Shown here: in pieces, positions 33,352 to 44,068 of the stretch | Layout of the letters: the number at the start of each line of letters is the position of its first letter | How positions within the stretch are numbered: the stretch's first letter is position 1 | Assembly (NCBI GenBank): GCA_010093745.1 | Contig: MU005995.1 | Coordinates: 62,001-126,000 of the forward strand | Source: Piedraia hortae CBS 480.64 | Lineage: Eukaryota | Length of the DNA stretch: 64,000 bases | Direction: 5' to 3' | The notes under the pieces: generated by a model | Databases searched by the model: none | What the model was told of the DNA's origin: nothing | Seen by the model: the letters and a program-made list of their open reading frames with translations, nothing else | Position numbers and translations under genes: made by a program

Positions 33352-33532
33352 TAAATAAGCAGCTGTCCCAAAACGGCAACTGCGATCGCACATCTCCCCG
33401 CGACGTGCGACTGCGGCCATTGTGACACTCTACACCTACCTCGTGTCCTACGATATTTGCTGACCTGAGCAATTTCTCGCAACAACAAATTCTCATTCTG
33501 CTGCATCAGTTTCCACATTTTACCGGCCCGGA

Positions 33533-35302
33533 ATGGCCAAATACACGCAGAAGGAGCTACTTCACTTACGGGATTCGCCGTTGGTGAAGCGGCCGGCACA
33601 TCTTCCTGCCATTGAGCAATGGATAGAGTACGTCTTTGACGACAGCAATGGCACCAGGGAAAGGCTAAGGATTCCGCACAGCGAGGGCAAATCGAATGCG
33701 CGACAGCCGCGCACCAGCGGAGCCGCCGTTGCCATGGGCAGCTTTGGTCACTGTAACCTCGCTAAGGCGCGTGCCGCCCGCGGAGGTTTGTTTCACGCCG
33801 CTTCTTTCCTTTCCGCTCGCTGACCGCAAGCAGACGATGTCTCGCTGGGGCCGCCCAAGGTGACGTTTGCATCCAGCCGCAGCGCGGCCAAGGTTAAGGA
33901 AACTGGGGAAAAGGCTACGGATGGCACCGACGGCGTGCAGGAGGGATCGCGCAAGGATCGGCAGCGCAGAAATGGTGACTGGGCAAGCAGGAACAAGGAG
34001 AGCTGGGCGGATGCGCGACAGCGCCGGGCTCAAAACGGAGGAGAAGAAACCAAACCGGAGACAGAGCGACGGGCCGGTGGCTGGCGTCAACAGCGGCAGC
34101 CGCGCGCCGAGGCTGATACGGGCAAGACGCCCGAATGGATGGATGATGCTAGCGCAAAGCAAGAGGACACAACCGTTGCCAGGACGCAGGAAGAGTTTGA
34201 GCAGTGGAAACGCGCTCAACATGCGCGCAACCGCAAAGAAGAGACGGCACCTGAAGCACCAGCGAAGCCCACGCCGAAGCCTGCACCGCAGCCTACACCG
34301 CTGTCTGAGCAGCCAAACATCTTTGGGCCCGGCTTCTTTGATAAGTGGAAGGAAGATGAAAACCAGGCGAGGCTACAGCTACCGGTTATGGGCGTTAAGA
34401 AGAGCAAATTTGCAGATATCTGGGAATCGGAGACGTCTAAAGAGATGGCGCCGCCTAAAAGCGCTCCGGAACCTTCTACCGATGACGAAGATAAGCGAGG
34501 CTTTGACCGCATTCTGGCAATGTTGGGCAACGCCAATATCAACCGCGTCGATACCGCACCGCCGGAACAACCCTCCTCTACGGCGCAGACCAAGACTAAG
34601 AGTCGGTACTCTGGCTTCTTTGAGCAGCAGCAGGATGAAAGGCGGCCGGCTTCCGGCCCGATTCCGTCTTATCGTGGGCCCGATGTCAATTTACAGCATA
34701 TCATACACCAGAAACCCATGGCGGACCCGAATGAGGGTAAAAAGCAGTCTAATTATCTGCTAGAGTTGATGATGGGGTCTTCTAAGCAGCCGCAGCCGCA
34801 GCCACAGCAGACACTAACACAACAGCAGCCACAGCCACAGCCACATCCACAGCCACAACCTCAACCGCCACAGCAACTGGGCCACCCTCCGCAGCAGCCA
34901 ATACCACATCCTCCACAGCCACAACAGCCATTCCCGCACTGGATGGAGCCTCCACTTCCCATGGGAACGCGGTCTGTTCCCGAGCAAATGATAGACGATC
35001 ATCACCGCAATCATGCCGGACCTTTTGGAAACCTCATGCCACTACCGCCGCAAATGGGCGGTATGCCGCTTATGGGACCACCTGGTCCAGGCCGTGGGTT
35101 TATGCCGCCCCCGGGGTTTACGAGAGCTATGCCACCGGTACCTCCGGGCATGCCATATCATCCGTCATTGGGGCCCCCGACAAGAGAGCCACTCCATTAT
35201 CCTACACCTGCTGGTGGAGGCGCGCCGAGGATGCCACCCGGTTTTTTTAACGCGCCGCAGCATGTCATGGACGGGGCTGGTGCGAGGTATGAGACCAGGT
35301 AG
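33533..35302 (+). CDS. Disordered Pro/Gln-rich protein with N-terminal eIF4E-binding-type motif (two introns)
   Basis: Exon 1 MAKYTQKELLHLRDSPLV contains YxxxxL-phi. Introns lie at about 33628-33680 and 33786-33832. Conserved-looking PEWMD and EEFEQWK segments are followed by a P/Q/M-rich tail. Confidence 0.7.
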
Positions 35303-35417
35303 ACTGTGCTAGCTCTGCTAGGTATCCATACAATCTGTCGACCAGTGTACTCCCGTCCCGATCGCGAAATGAAAAGGTTACTGTCATTGAAACCATCTAC
35401 CCATACGAAATTCCCCA

Positions 35418-36636
35418 TCACACCTCCTTCTCACCCTTCACAGCCTCAACAGCATCCACCTCCACCCCAAGGGGGAGAATATCCCTCTCCGGCCCCGCCG
35501 GGGTGATCCCGAACGGATTGATCTGCCTATGACTCTTTGTATAATGCAACTTGATATGCTCAAATACCGTCGTCTTTTTAAACGCCTCATTTCCCCAATA
35601 CAGCCCCCTCAACCACCTATGAATCGCCGGGAACCCGCTCCTCACGTCCTTCAGATTACACTTAAAGTGTTGAACATACACAGGGTCGAACCTTATCAGC
35701 GTCGTGAAGAGCCGGATATCCGTCTCCGTCAGCTCTTTGCCGAAGTAATAGGGGCCTGCTTCGCGGAGGTGGGTTTCTACCGTTTCGAGGGCAGTGAAGA
35801 GGGATGTCACGTTCGTGGTGTAAGCTTCCTGCGTAGTTGCGAATCCGGCTTTGTAGACCCCGTTGTTGATCGCATCGTATAACCACGCGTTCGTGGTATC
35901 TATATCCTCTTCGAGGGACGCGGGGCGGAGGTTTAGGTTATACGTTTCGCGGTCGACGAGGCTGTTAAACGCGCTATTCAACATGGCGATAATCTCGCTT
36001 GACTCGTTATTCACGATTCGCTTTTGGATTTTGTCGTACAGTACCGGGACGGTGTACCGCCCCGTATACTCTGGGGAAGATTCGAAGTAGAGTTGGGAGA
36101 GGTGGGTGAAGGTCTTGTCGTGGTTGGGGTCTTCGGTTACGTTGAGGGAGGGTGAGTAGACTTCCCCATCGGATGGTGTGGCGAACCGCCACCCCCCGGA
36201 TTCGAGGTGCCAGTGTACGCTTGTGAAGGGGAGAATTTTCTCCAGGCCCTTGAGGGAGCGGACGATTAAGGCTCGGTGTGCTGAGTTGGTTAGTTGGTAG
36301 GTAGGCATCCTTTTGGGGGGGGGGGGGGGGGGAAGGGAGGGTTTACACACCCCAGGGGCAGGCGTAGGATACGTCTACAGAAAGGTTAGTGGGGTTGGGT
36401 TGGGTATTTGGGGGGGGAGGGGAGGGGGGCGACAGACAGAGGTGGTAGCGTCCTTCTTCAGCGGGATATTTTGCGCCAGGTTCGTTGGATACCCAGTCCC
36501 GGAAGACGGACTGCTGGCGCTTGAATTCGCCGGTTTTGTCGTTGGGGTTTACCCAATTCAGGATGTTGGTGGATTGGGAAGTTGACATGGCTCGGTGGAG
36601 GATGTGAGTTGTTGGACGGTGGAGCGAGCGGATCAT
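35418..36636 (-). CDS. ECM4: Glutathionyl-hydroquinone reductase / omega-like GST (Ecm4/Gto family)
   Basis: GEFKRQQSVFRDWV, GRYHLYVSYACPWAHR (across two introns and a 24-nt exon at 36374-36351), YTVPVLYD, IVNNESSEI, INNGVYKAGFATTQ, IRFDPVYVQHFKCN and HIKLHYTKSH. Confidence 0.93.
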
Positions 36637-36867
36637 ATCATATGTTTATGGTGTGGGGATATGTCATCGATGTCGGTAGATGACGCTAATTTGTTGGCGT
36701 CGGGCTGGCAGTATATTATCTGACAAATCAGGGCAACGGGCACAAAATTGAAGAACTTTTTGGCTACTGTAGATGAATTATAGGAGACAACTACAAGTTT
36801 TCCAAGCAATGTATCATAGACGGGGTATCTTTAACGCACCGTTAAAAAAACCAAACCCGCCAAGGAA

Positions 36868-39800
36868 CTAATTCTCTCCCTCCTGACTCAAATCCTCCCA
36901 AAACGTCCTCAATGAGCCTTCATCCATACAAAACTCCCTAACGCGACTTATGATCTCCCTCACCACCTCTTTATCAGTTGTAGAATGAAGCCTATTCGGC
37001 GCAAGGTAAACCCTCTCGAGGTCCATCTGCGCAAGCACCAGGCCAGTCCTGTGGACAAATTGCACCATTGCTGTCTCTAATTTTCCAAACGAATAGCGGA
37101 CTTCTGCGGAGAAAGCAGAGGCGGGTTCCGTGTCTAGGACGAAATCTAGGTGTCTGAGGAGGCATTTTTGACGGTCCCTTTGGGATTCGTTCGTGGTGTC
37201 TTCCTCCCCATGCTTCGGGCTCTTTCCTACTGCGATTGCAAGGGGTATGCAGACAGGCTGATCAAAAGGATACAATTTTGGCAGACTGCAGACCTCAAAG
37301 AGTGGAACCTGTACAAGCCGAAGTCCATAGGACTCTGCGGCGCCTGACCAGCGAGTGACGGCTTCGCGGATAAGAAATGCCGGTGTGCTGACCCATTCAA
37401 GCTGTATGCGGTAGCAGTTATGTGGGTTGTGGATCCTGTCGCAGTGGAGGACAATTGCCTCTGGTGGTGGTTTGGGGGACACGTTGTAGAGGAGGGCTTC
37501 GCTTAATAGAATTGCCTTGTCGACCTCGTGTGATGATGACGGTGATGGGGATGGAACTTGAGCAAGGGTCTCAACAGTACGATGTGCACTTGCAATCTGA
37601 TAAAAGTAGTTTCCGTCGCGGAAATCATGCTTGCGGCGGACGTGAGAGAAGATTCCGCGCTTCATGAGCTCGTTTCCAATCTCCACTGCGTCGTCGCGCG
37701 ATGCTACGTCTTTGAACACCCTCAAGAGCCAGTTCACCATCTCGTCCCCTCGGAAGCATTTGAGATGCAGCCGCGTCAGCCAGCGTCGGTCTCTCAACTC
37801 AACGCCGTGCGGAGGAGCCTCTTGCATCTGCTTGACGAGCCTGTGGACGTCAAAGTTGCTGCTATGGAACATCTCTGCTTCGGCGAACAGTGGCGCCATT
37901 GCCACGCCGTTGCCGTAAGGTATAGGTTCCCAAGCATTCACCACGGCGCTGGGATCTCGCGTTTGGTATTCTATAGAAAGCGGGTTCGGATCCACACTTG
38001 AGGCGGATGCGAGTGAGGCCAGATACTTCTGACCGTCGGCAGTAAAGAACCGCGAACGTTGCCAAAGCTGCGTCAATTTCTGGATGCCCTCAATGTGTCT
38101 CTCATCGTCTGTGAGCCCGCGGCCAAGACTTGCACTTTGTGATTCTACAGGAAGGAGCACAAGCCGCATCTTTGAGCTGCCTGCTGGAGTTGTTGAAGAT
38201 GGGTTCTCGGAAACGATGCAGTCATCCAAAGCGGGCCAATCGAGCTGTGTTTTGGATGCCGTCAAGGGTATATTGAATATCCTCGCACGATCTGAATAAA
38301 TCGTTTTGATGGCAGCCCGGTAGCTGTCTTTCTGGGTGGAACCACTCTCATGGATGGCATACTCCACAATTTGAACTTCTGTGTCAGACAGACATTGCAG
38401 TTCATGGTGCAAATTCCCCAGCGAGAGCAAGATGCGCTCTCCAGAGCGTGACTCACCCACACTTGCAACCGATAGCCGGTTGCGCGCAATCTGGAAGCCC
38501 ATGGTCAAGCGGGTAAGCACGAGACCTTCCACAATTACGTCCATCGAGCACTCTTTCGGAATGAGTAATCTACGCACCAATTTGTGTGGATACCTCTCCA
38601 GCTCACGCTGCGTTGGACGATAATCTGTCGTGAGCGGTAGCGCAGCTGGACTGCACATGGACGCCCATTTGAAGTCGGAAGAATGGACAGTCTCTGGGAA
38701 CACATTCTGCCATTGTCGATACTGGGCAGCAACACGAATGTTGCCCACCTTGGGATTGCAAGGATTCAGCAATGTAAGCCAAGGGCAAGTCTCCCAAGCA
38801 CCTTCTGCTTCGGCTGCTTTGACAGCGTCCGAGAACGGGTCCAACGAGGCTTTCAGCGTGGTCAAACTCGATTCCTGCTCATCCGCGAGATTGAACAGGC
38901 TGTCTTCTAAAAGACTCCCATTACCTGAAGGACGTGTATCAACTGGCTTGGGAATATCGACAGGCGCCGTTGACTGTGAAGCGATGCTCTGCTGTGACCT
39001 TTTCTTCGTCAATGAATGTCTAATTTGCATTGCGGCGCCCTTCACGTCGCTCGGCAGGATCTGCGGCGAAGGGAATGAATCTCTCTCGTGTTCCACATTC
39101 TCGATGCTTACGGATACACTCGCCGTACCTTTCCCTGGAACGAGTCCTTTGGGCCCAAGGCTAATCTTTCGAGAAGCAAATGAACGAGACGGTGCTTTTT
39201 TGACAACAGGAAGTTTCTGAACGGGTGGTGATCCAAACACGCCCTCATCAAATGCGTTCATAGATTCAGCAGTGTACTCTCCAACGCCCAGTGGTGGCAA
39301 AGCAACGTCAATCACACCATCATCACATCCGGGCAGGACCCAGTGGGCACCTCCATCCTGCCAGTAGGAGATATTGACCCAATGAGGCAGGGCATATTCG
39401 AGTTGATTCTTTCTTTGATAGCTAAACAACGGAGCCGGATGCAGCGGGTTTGCGGCGAGAGATACTATATCTACACCGATACTGCTACCCATGAGCAGAC
39501 GAGTCGTATTCTGAAGCATGTCATGGGTCGTTTCGAAGACACCAGTCCCTGCCGTTACGGCAATGATAGATGACCCGGTACAGCTGAGATGCGGATCAAT
39601 CTTATCATGAGCATAACCTATGGAAGCCATGTGAATAGCTTCCAGCATGTTGCCCTTTGCAGCCAATGTAACATCCCTAGGTAACTTCATATCGTGGATA
39701 GCCTTTTTCAGCACACGGATGAGCTCCGTTGGGGATATGCGAACCATGTCAGGTGCGATGACATGATAGAAGTCTGCAACAGACGGGTCTGCGGGGGCAC

Positions 39801-40452
39801 AGATGCGACCAAACAGCACAAGGGAGACCTGGTGCGAGACGTTCAGCTCCTGCCATCTCCTAAAAAGCTCAGGCAGGAAGCCCGTCAGGAGGACCTCGTA
39901 CATGAGATCCCCATGACTCCAATATTCCAACATCTCCTTGGAAACCTGCACGAGCAGCGTGAAGCGAGCATTTCCGCTGCGGAAGATGGGTTTTGTATGC
40001 ATTTCGGTCGTGTACGCTGATGAAACCTTGCGGCCGGCAGTGTATATAGCCACAATCTCAGCCATTACCGAGCCCATGAGACTGATCTTCTGTCCTTGAT
40101 AGCAAACAGCCTGATCGAGATGTTGCGAAATCCTCCACATATCCGATCTTGACAAATTCTTGTCTGTAAAAAATAGCTCAATATGCGTAGCAGTGGCCTC
40201 GCGCGGATCATTCAGCACTTTCAAACTGGCTGTAATCTGGTTTTGATAGCCGAACCGCAAGGCGAGGGACACATGGAGTGATATTTCGTTTGCATTTCGT
40301 CCACTTTGCCGTGATTTGATGCATAATCGATTAGCTCCCGGGGCTTCTAGGTAGGCAAGTCCGCCAAGCGGAAGAACATCTACACCGCATAGGACTTTTT
40401 CTTGTGAAACAGAGTCATCGTGGAGCACAACCGTGCAGCCGCGGACAGTCAT
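36868..40452 (-). CDS. IML1: Vacuolar membrane-associated protein Iml1 (SEA/GATOR1 subunit, DEPDC5 orthologue)
   Basis: LSRSDMWR, TKPIFRS, FLPELFRRW, GNMLEAIH, PLHPAPLF, KWASMCSPAALPLTT and a DEP domain (CFRGDEMVNWLL...FRDGNYFYQI). Confidence 0.93.
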   Translation of the reverse strand: MTVRGCTVVLHDDSVSQEKVLCGVDVLPLGGLAYLEAPGANRLCIKSRQSGRNANEISLHVSLALRFGYQNQITASLKVLNDPREATATHIELFFTDKNLSRSDMWRISQHLDQAVCYQGQKISLMGSVMAEIVAIYTAGRKVSSAYTTEMHTKPIFRSGNARFTLLVQVSKEMLEYWSHGDLMYEVLLTGFLPELFRRWQELNVSHQVSLVLFGRICAPADPSVADFYHVIAPDMVRISPTELIRVLKKAIHDMKLPRDVTLAAKGNMLEAIHMASIGYAHDKIDPHLSCTGSSIIAVTAGTGVFETTHDMLQNTTRLLMGSSIGVDIVSLAANPLHPAPLFSYQRKNQLEYALPHWVNISYWQDGGAHWVLPGCDDGVIDVALPPLGVGEYTAESMNAFDEGVFGSPPVQKLPVVKKAPSRSFASRKISLGPKGLVPGKGTASVSVSIENVEHERDSFPSPQILPSDVKGAAMQIRHSLTKKRSQQSIASQSTAPVDIPKPVDTRPSGNGSLLEDSLFNLADEQESSLTTLKASLDPFSDAVKAAEAEGAWETCPWLTLLNPCNPKVGNIRVAAQYRQWQNVFPETVHSSDFKWASMCSPAALPLTTDYRPTQRELERYPHKLVRRLLIPKECSMDVIVEGLVLTRLTMGFQIARNRLSVASVGESRSGERILLSLGNLHHELQCLSDTEVQIVEYAIHESGSTQKDSYRAAIKTIYSDRARIFNIPLTASKTQLDWPALDDCIVSENPSSTTPAGSSKMRLVLLPVESQSASLGRGLTDDERHIEGIQKLTQLWQRSRFFTADGQKYLASLASASSVDPNPLSIEYQTRDPSAVVNAWEPIPYGNGVAMAPLFAEAEMFHSSNFDVHRLVKQMQEAPPHGVELRDRRWLTRLHLKCFRGDEMVNWLLRVFKDVASRDDAVEIGNELMKRGIFSHVRRKHDFRDGNYFYQIASAHRTVETLAQVPSPSPSSSHEVDKAILLSEALLYNVSPKPPPEAIVLHCDRIHNPHNCYRIQLEWVSTPAFLIREAVTRWSGAAESYGLRLVQVPLFEVCSLPKLYPFDQPVCIPLAIAVGKSPKHGEEDTTNESQRDRQKCLLRHLDFVLDTEPASAFSAEVRYSFGKLETAMVQFVHRTGLVLAQMDLERVYLAPNRLHSTTDKEVVREIISRVREFCMDEGSLRTFWEDLSQEGEN

Positions 40453-40637
40453 TGCTGCTCAGTGACATTTTCTCAAAACCGTCTACTTTATCGCACTCCA
40501 AGTGGGCTAGCTTCGATGCAGATTTGGTAGTACAGAGGATACCCACCGCCGTTTGCTCGAAGCTGCGTATATTACGCGCACGGACCATCCAAAAGATCGC
40601 ACCAACCACAACGCACGACAAGCAATTCCGTTACAAC

Positions 40638-41237
40638 ATGTTCGGACTAATCGTAGCCGGCCGACCAGTGGACGCAACACCACAGATAATCTCACCCACA
40701 CAGCAAGCCTTTACCATATCTTCCAATCCGCCGTTCAGACACATTGTAGTTTTTCTCCTACCTGGTGCACAGCTCCCCGCGGGCGCAGCCGCGACGATAT
40801 ACATACGAATACCTCCTTCCACGGAATTCAAGCCCCTGGGTAGTCTTGGACCGGGCAAAGAGAGTGCCATGTTCCAAATCAGCGGGCTCAAAACCGAGAC
40901 GGGATCGGCTGTGGATCTTGATGCCATGACTGATGATAATTCTACTGCTGTTGACGGGGAAGATATTGTGGTAGGCGTGTCTGTTGAACCCATCGCTCAG
41001 GTCGAAGCTCAGATGCAAGGTTTAAGGCCTGGTGGGGACGGTGGTAAGAGTGCTGCTGTAACACCCAAGGCGAGTAATGATGTAAAGGCGCTGGCCCAGA
41101 AGATCATCGGCAATGCGTTTGATTTTCTGGCGAGCTATGGCTCGGATACGGTGCCGTTGAAGGCGTTTCAGAGCTGGTGGAACAAGTTCGAGCACAAGCT
41201 GGACGTAGATCCCGGGTTTTTGGAACGGGCTAAGTAA
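40638..41237 (+). CDS. OPI10: Hikeshi/Opi10 family protein (DUF775)
   Basis: MFGLIVAGRPV, HIVVFLLPG, KESAMFQI, LAQKIIGNAFDFLASY and VPLKAFQSWWNKFEHKLDVDPGFLE. Confidence 0.9.
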   Translation: MFGLIVAGRPVDATPQIISPTQQAFTISSNPPFRHIVVFLLPGAQLPAGAAATIYIRIPPSTEFKPLGSLGPGKESAMFQISGLKTETGSAVDLDAMTDDNSTAVDGEDIVVGVSVEPIAQVEAQMQGLRPGGDGGKSAAVTPKASNDVKALAQKIIGNAFDFLASYGSDTVPLKAFQSWWNKFEHKLDVDPGFLERAK

Positions 41238-41437
41238 GACTACATGTTTGATGCCGGATAGATCACGAGACAACGATGCACAGTCCCAGAATATCATATG
41301 GATCGAGTGAGTTCCAGGAATCCGGTTGAGTAATCGATCGGCGCCCAATTGCCGAACCGGCCCGAACCCTTTCACAACCTCAACTCCACCTCCGCGTATC
41401 TCCCCATCATCTGTCAAACATGCCACTCTCAACGACA

Positions 41438-41926
41438 ATGGCCTTCCAGTCCCAGGCACAATCCCTCCTGCACTACGCAGCTATCTCCATCCCCTTCGCT
41501 TTGGCAGGGTACTCCTTCGGCTTCTCGCAGAACGCCGTTCCTTGCTTGTACGACGTCTCGGCCACGATCAGCATCCCAGCATTCGCGCAAATGTACCGCC
41601 TCGGCGCCATCGCCAACGTTCCCGGTCAAATCTTCGTCACCCTCGCAACAGCCTACTTGACATGGGTCTCACCCGCGAACTCCCCGCAGAGGACAGCATG
41701 GGGCGTCGCCGCAGCGGCGATGACGCTCGTCTCGGCATGGACGCCGACGGTCATGTTGGGAAATATCAACCGGTTGAAGGAGATCGGGGGGAGCAAGGCC
41801 GAGATGGAAAAGTCGGATGCGAATTTGGAACATAGACAGAGGCTCCAGAGGTGGGTGAAGCAGAATATGGTCCGCACGGCATGTTATCTCGTAGCTGGGT
41901 TTGCGGGTCTAAAGGCGTTAAATTAG
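41438..41926 (+). CDS. Small four-TM membrane protein, DUF1772-like
   Basis: Hydrophobic helices with WTPTVMLGNINRL and LQRWVKQNMVR, resembling DUF1772/anthrone-oxygenase-like proteins. Confidence 0.65.
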   Translation: MAFQSQAQSLLHYAAISIPFALAGYSFGFSQNAVPCLYDVSATISIPAFAQMYRLGAIANVPGQIFVTLATAYLTWVSPANSPQRTAWGVAAAAMTLVSAWTPTVMLGNINRLKEIGGSKAEMEKSDANLEHRQRLQRWVKQNMVRTACYLVAGFAGLKALN

Positions 41927-42133
41927 GGGGAGATTTGTTAACATAGTCATGGATATTGGGATGTATAGAACAGTACTGTTACAATGAGGTACGACGCTGC
42001 TGCGCAGATAGCTGTGACAATTCTAACCCTAATGTCGAGCTACGTCATGCATATCGAACAGTCGGGGACCTGCAGGAAAATGTTGAGGAGGGGGTAATGG
42101 AGCATCCCTCCATTCCTCTGAAGATTCACAATC

Positions 42134-43495
42134 ATGACACGCACATCCGTAACCATCGAAGGGATGGATCTCGCCTCTCTCGACCGCACAACCTCTCGTC
42201 AAAGCGCTTCCAGAGACACCCGCAACAACAACACATCAAAAGACCAAGTCCTCCCACCCCCAACACCCTCATCAGACCCCATCCCCGAAAAATGGAATCA
42301 CCCAAGGCACAACATTCCACGCGTGGCCGCAACATTCTACTCCTTCATTATCATGGGCGCGAACGATGCCTCGTACGGGCCTATCATACCCTACCTGGAG
42401 GACTATTATTCCCTAAGCTACATAGTAGTCTCCCTTGTCTTCCTATCACCGATAGTAGGGTATAACCTCGCGGCGGTAGCGAACAATACGATCCATATGC
42501 ATCTGGGTCAAAGAGGTGTTGCGTTTCTGGGCCCGCTGGTGCATATCATTGCGTATGTGGTTATCGCGGTACATCCTCCCTATCCGGTTCTGGTTATAGT
42601 TTTTATCCTCGCGGGACTGGGAAATGGGCTTGAGGATTCGGGGTGGAATGCTTGGATCGGAGCGCTGGATAGGCCCAATGAGTTGCTCGGGTGTCTGCAT
42701 GCATGTTACGGTCTGGGAGCGACGGCCGCGCCGTTAATCGCGACGACGATGATTGCAAAGGGTGGGATTCCGTGGTTTAATTGGTATTATGTTTTGCTGG
42801 GAGCCTCGGTGCTGGAGCTGGTTTTTTCATTGTGGGCGTTTTGGCCGCAGACGGGCGCAGTGTTTCGCGCCTCTCATCCAAGGACAACTGATGCCGGTGG
42901 CTCAAGACTGCGTGAGGCAACGCTCAAGAAACCAGCTGCTCGTGTGACATGGTTGGCGGCTATGTTTCTGTTGGGCTACGTTGGCAGCGAAGTCGCTCTG
43001 GGCGGTTGGATCGTGACTTTCATGATGCGAGTGCGCCATGGAGATGCATTCTCCAGCGGAATGACGGCCACTGGTTTCTGGCTTGGAATCACCGTTGGCC
43101 GGCTGGTGTTGGGCTTCGTAACGCCGCGAATCGGCGAGAAGAAAGCCATTGCCATCTACCTCCCCATTGCCATGGGGTTGGAGCTGCTTTTCTGGCTGGT
43201 GCCGCAGTTTTATGTCTCGGCTGTGGCCGTCTCGTTCGTCGGCTTCTTTTTAGGCCCAATGTTCCCTGCCGCCATGGTCGCTGTGACGAAGCTATTGCCA
43301 AGGCACTTGCACGTGTCGAGCATCGGCTTTGCTGCGGCGTTTGGCGGTAGCGGGGGTGCACTATTTCCCTTTGCCGTAGGTGCCCTGGCACAAGCCAAGG
43401 GCGTTCAGGTGCTGCAGCCCGTCATCGTTGCGCTTTTAGCAATTATCTGGTCACTGTGGATGGGGCTTCCTAGAATGTCCAAAAAGAGGGATTGA
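42134..43495 (+). CDS. MFS transporter (Bsc6/FucP-like)
   Basis: About 12 TM segments; GANDASYGPIIPYLE, LHACYGLGA, YVGSEVALGGWIVTFM, GFWLGITVGRL and GFFLGPMFP. Confidence 0.9.
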   Translation: MTRTSVTIEGMDLASLDRTTSRQSASRDTRNNNTSKDQVLPPPTPSSDPIPEKWNHPRHNIPRVAATFYSFIIMGANDASYGPIIPYLEDYYSLSYIVVSLVFLSPIVGYNLAAVANNTIHMHLGQRGVAFLGPLVHIIAYVVIAVHPPYPVLVIVFILAGLGNGLEDSGWNAWIGALDRPNELLGCLHACYGLGATAAPLIATTMIAKGGIPWFNWYYVLLGASVLELVFSLWAFWPQTGAVFRASHPRTTDAGGSRLREATLKKPAARVTWLAAMFLLGYVGSEVALGGWIVTFMMRVRHGDAFSSGMTATGFWLGITVGRLVLGFVTPRIGEKKAIAIYLPIAMGLELLFWLVPQFYVSAVAVSFVGFFLGPMFPAAMVAVTKLLPRHLHVSSIGFAAAFGGSGGALFPFAVGALAQAKGVQVLQPVIVALLAIIWSLWMGLPRMSKKRD

Positions 43496-43591
43496 TACCT
43501 ACATACACTATAGATTGATGCATTGAAATCTCCTCCAAGTCTCAGATCAGGTCCAAGCTCTTGGTGAAAAAAAAAAAATAAAAGGGGGGGG

Positions 43592-43880
43592 GGCCCGTCA
43601 GACGGCCAGCACCGCCCGCCCGACCAAAGCCGGCACGAAGCCAGACGCTCAGCCGGGCTGAGATCATCGCCGGCAATTGCACTCACCCGTAGGTGAGTCC
43701 AAGGCTACAAATGGCAGTCACTCTAAGGCGGCGTGGATCGAATCATCAGCCGGGTTGGAGTCTGTGGCTCTTGTAGAGAACACAGTAGCGGACGTTTACT
43801 ATAGAAATGATTCTATGACTGACATAGGGTTAGCTGGGTGGACGGCGGTAGGGTCTGGTTGTGCTCACAGTAAAGTCGCT
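43592..43880 (-). ncRNA. U3: U3 snoRNA with a 50-nt spliceosomal intron
   Basis: Removing the intron (43868-43819; GTGAGC donor, GCTAAC branch, CAG acceptor) gives GCGACTTTACTTCATAGAATCATTTCTATAG (boxes A'/A). The hinge GAGCCAC follows, then box C' TGATGA (43748-43743), box B AGAGTGA (43724-43718), a cUACGg hairpin, box C GATGATC (43668-43662) and box D CTGA (43601-43598). Ends are approximate. Confidence 0.92.
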
Positions 43881-43910
43881 GAAGAAGAAGAAAAAAGAGG
43901 AATGGGAATT

Positions 43911-44003
43911 CTTTTAAAGAGGTTTGGGCGCACAGACCTTCGTAACGGGCCGCTTCCGCTGCAGCTAGTCAGCAATTTTCCGACATCAATCTCGCTGACG
44001 TCA
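43911..44003 (-). promoter_or_regulatory. Putative U3 promoter: TATA-like TTTAAAAG and a palindromic TGACGTCA
   Basis: TTTAAAAG lies ~30-40 nt upstream of the inferred U3 5' end; a perfect CRE-type palindrome is at 43996-44003. Function is inferred only from position. Confidence 0.4.
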
Positions 44004-44068
44004 CATGCTTTGTTTTGCAGCGGACGACCGGCATATCCATCCAGATGAGATATGAACAATCTACAAAT

